Shown here: positions 62,306 to 64,000 of the stretch, one piece after another
How the letters are laid out: each line of letters opens with the position of its first letter
Numbering within the stretch: the first letter of the stretch is position 1
From: Epiperipatus broadwayi
Taxonomy: Eukaryota > Animalia > Onychophora
Assembly: GCA_028023455.1 (NCBI GenBank)
Contig: JAQFVV010000003.1
Coordinates: forward strand, 12,400,001-12,464,000
Reading direction: 5' to 3'
Length of the DNA stretch: 64,000 nt
The notes under the pieces: model-generated
Databases searched by the model: none
What the model saw: the letters and a program-made list of their open reading frames with translations, nothing else
What the model was told of the DNA's origin: nothing
Translations under genes and position numbers: made by a program

Positions 62306-63720
62306 TATCCCCCCTTTCTATTGCTGAAACTTTGGGGTATTTGAAGTGAAGGCTTTTTTTTCTTTTTTTTTTTTAATTCTATTATGCAAATGTCTCTTGA
62401 AATTATAATAAAAAAATCTATTTACCCTGATCGATCAGTGTAGGTCCTGTGTGTGTGGAATATTTCACTTTATATTCGTTGTGGTTTGTCCGTGATCTTC
62501 TTCCAGTCTGTTCTCCCCGACTAGCTCTCTATGTCCGGCATTTACAAGGCAGTTCCAGGTGGTAATAGGAAGAGGTTCCCAAAAGGGAAAGTTCTGTTAG
62601 ATCTAGGCACTCAACATTTTCTCTTTGCGCTTTCTTCTTATTTTTTTTTAATGTAAGTTTACGATTTTTACTATTGACGAGTCTGAGCCAAATTTAAACT
62701 TACAGATTAAGTATTGACCTCGGCAGAAATCCAATTAATTTAAACAAAAGGAAAGTCCGTAATTTATAGTTCTTTTTTTAAATCTTAATTTCAAACCTTT
62801 AAAATCTCTTTTTTTTTTTTTTTTTTTTTTTTTAAAATCCCAAAGAAACATTCCAATTGATCAGCGTAATAGATAGCATAAAAATACCTTCACTTCAAAG
62901 TCCCAACAATAGAATTAATTGCTTTCTTTTCCCTTCTATCTTTAAGAATTTTTTTAAAGACTTAACAAAAGACAAACTTTTATCAAAAATGTAAGATCTT
63001 GATCTAATTTATTTTAACTTCTTAAAACTCCATTTTAAAATTAAGTATTAATTTATATTTCTTTTCTTAAAAATTATGTATTATAAAACGATATTTATAT
63101 TTTAACAAAATATATATGTGTGTATATATATGAGCTGATAGAAAAGTACGTGTTTATTTATTTCTAATAAAACAAGTTTTATTACAATGTATATATTTTA
63201 TTTTTACAAAATATGTGTGTATATATATGTATGAGTATGAGCTGGCAGAAACTACCAGCTCAAAATTATAGCCAATTATCAAATCCTGCCTACATCTAAA
63301 AGCTGCTAGCAAATGATATAAAAATTTAATTTACAATACATGAAAATGTCAGTAGCTTGTGTCCTGATCTGCAATGTGAGAGAGAGCCCTTTCATCCTGA
63401 TGGATAATTTTAAAATTTTGTGCAAATTTAAACAAGATGCTTGGGTAAGTTAAGGATTGAATTATTGCATTCTAATAAGGATAAACACTGACTAAAGATG
63501 GCAAAAAATAACAACTTAAAATTAAAATTACTAATGAATTGACTGTCGACTAATTACTTAGAGAATAACAGTGTCACCTTCCAGCTGTTTCCTGGAAAGC
63601 AAAATTATATATTAACAATGATTCAAATCATCTATCTTTCATAAAAATTATTCTTCACTTATAAAGTGTGATAAACAGAGTAGCTAAAATTCAAAAAACA
63701 TTAATCACAAAAAACTATTT

Positions 63721-63756
63721 GCCTAGCGCTTTCAATACTGTGTACCAGAATCATGA
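63721..63756 (-). ncRNA. Truncated or degenerate hammerhead 3' half (family of 18241-18280)
   Basis: Minus strand tcatga TTCTG gtaca CAGTAtt GAAA GCGC TA GGC aaatag; the 5' core is disrupted where the next fold-back begins. Confidence 0.35.
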
Positions 63757-64000
63757 TGACATATTGGAACTGAATGGTTAATAGTCCAGTGCATGCTCAG
63801 TGGGACACTAGTGTTTGCTGATTGATAACATTTTTAGACTTCGCAATAAACCAAGCCTCTTTCAATGAATCAAATGATAGAAAGAGGAAGTTGACAGAGA
63901 CTTGATTTATTGCAAAGTCTAAAAACATTATCAATCAGTGTAACACTGGTGTTCCACTGAGCATGCACTGGAATATTAATCATTCAGTTCCAATATGTCA
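63757..64000. repeat. Fold-back element, truncated by window end
   Basis: tgacatattggaactgaatg..ccagtgcatgctcagtgg..ctgattgataa..tttagact..gcaataaa / tttattgc..agtctaaa..ttatcaatcag..ccactgagcatgcactgg..cattcagttccaatatgtca. Confidence 0.9.

Larger units (their letters stand above)
55638..63262 (-). mobile_element. Degenerate Ty3/Gypsy LTR retrotransposon in tandem, LTR-sharing arrangement
   Basis: ~2.06-kb direct repeats 55638-57695 and 61173-63262 flank a gag-pol. Each repeat contains LTR + PBS + leader + gag start. Confidence 0.95.

Overview
Very AT-rich animal genomic DNA, probably an arthropod and possibly a chelicerate (inferred from the LINE families). The only host gene I can identify is a phosducin-like protein 1 (PDCL/PhLP1) on the minus strand. 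Two of its internal coding exons (31041-31171 and 18899-19004) splice in frame across a 12-kb intron. I found no flanking exons, so most of the window is probably intron. The intronic DNA is packed with mobile elements: a near-intact RTE LINE, an internally deleted hAT-Buster with a perfect 8-bp TSD, a GG..CC TIR element, a decayed Tc1/mariner, and several decayed LINE fragments. There is also an L1/Tx1-type insertion with tandem ~380-bp 5' monomers and a 12-bp TSD, two polyA tRNA-SINEs with TSDs, and a degenerate Ty3/Gypsy in a tandem LTR-sharing arrangement. The most striking signal is at least nine short (150-570 bp) fold-back (long inverted-repeat) elements. Five carry minimal Penelope-type type-I hammerhead ribozyme motifs (CUGANGA..GAAA plus a palindromic stem-III loop), arranged so that an antisense copy always precedes the sense ribozyme. 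Three further solo or degenerate hammerheads occur, and three of the fold-backs share a conserved 3'-terminal stem-loop. No Penelope RT or GIY-YIG ORF is present in the window. Everything was read and aligned by eye; no searches or folding programs were run.
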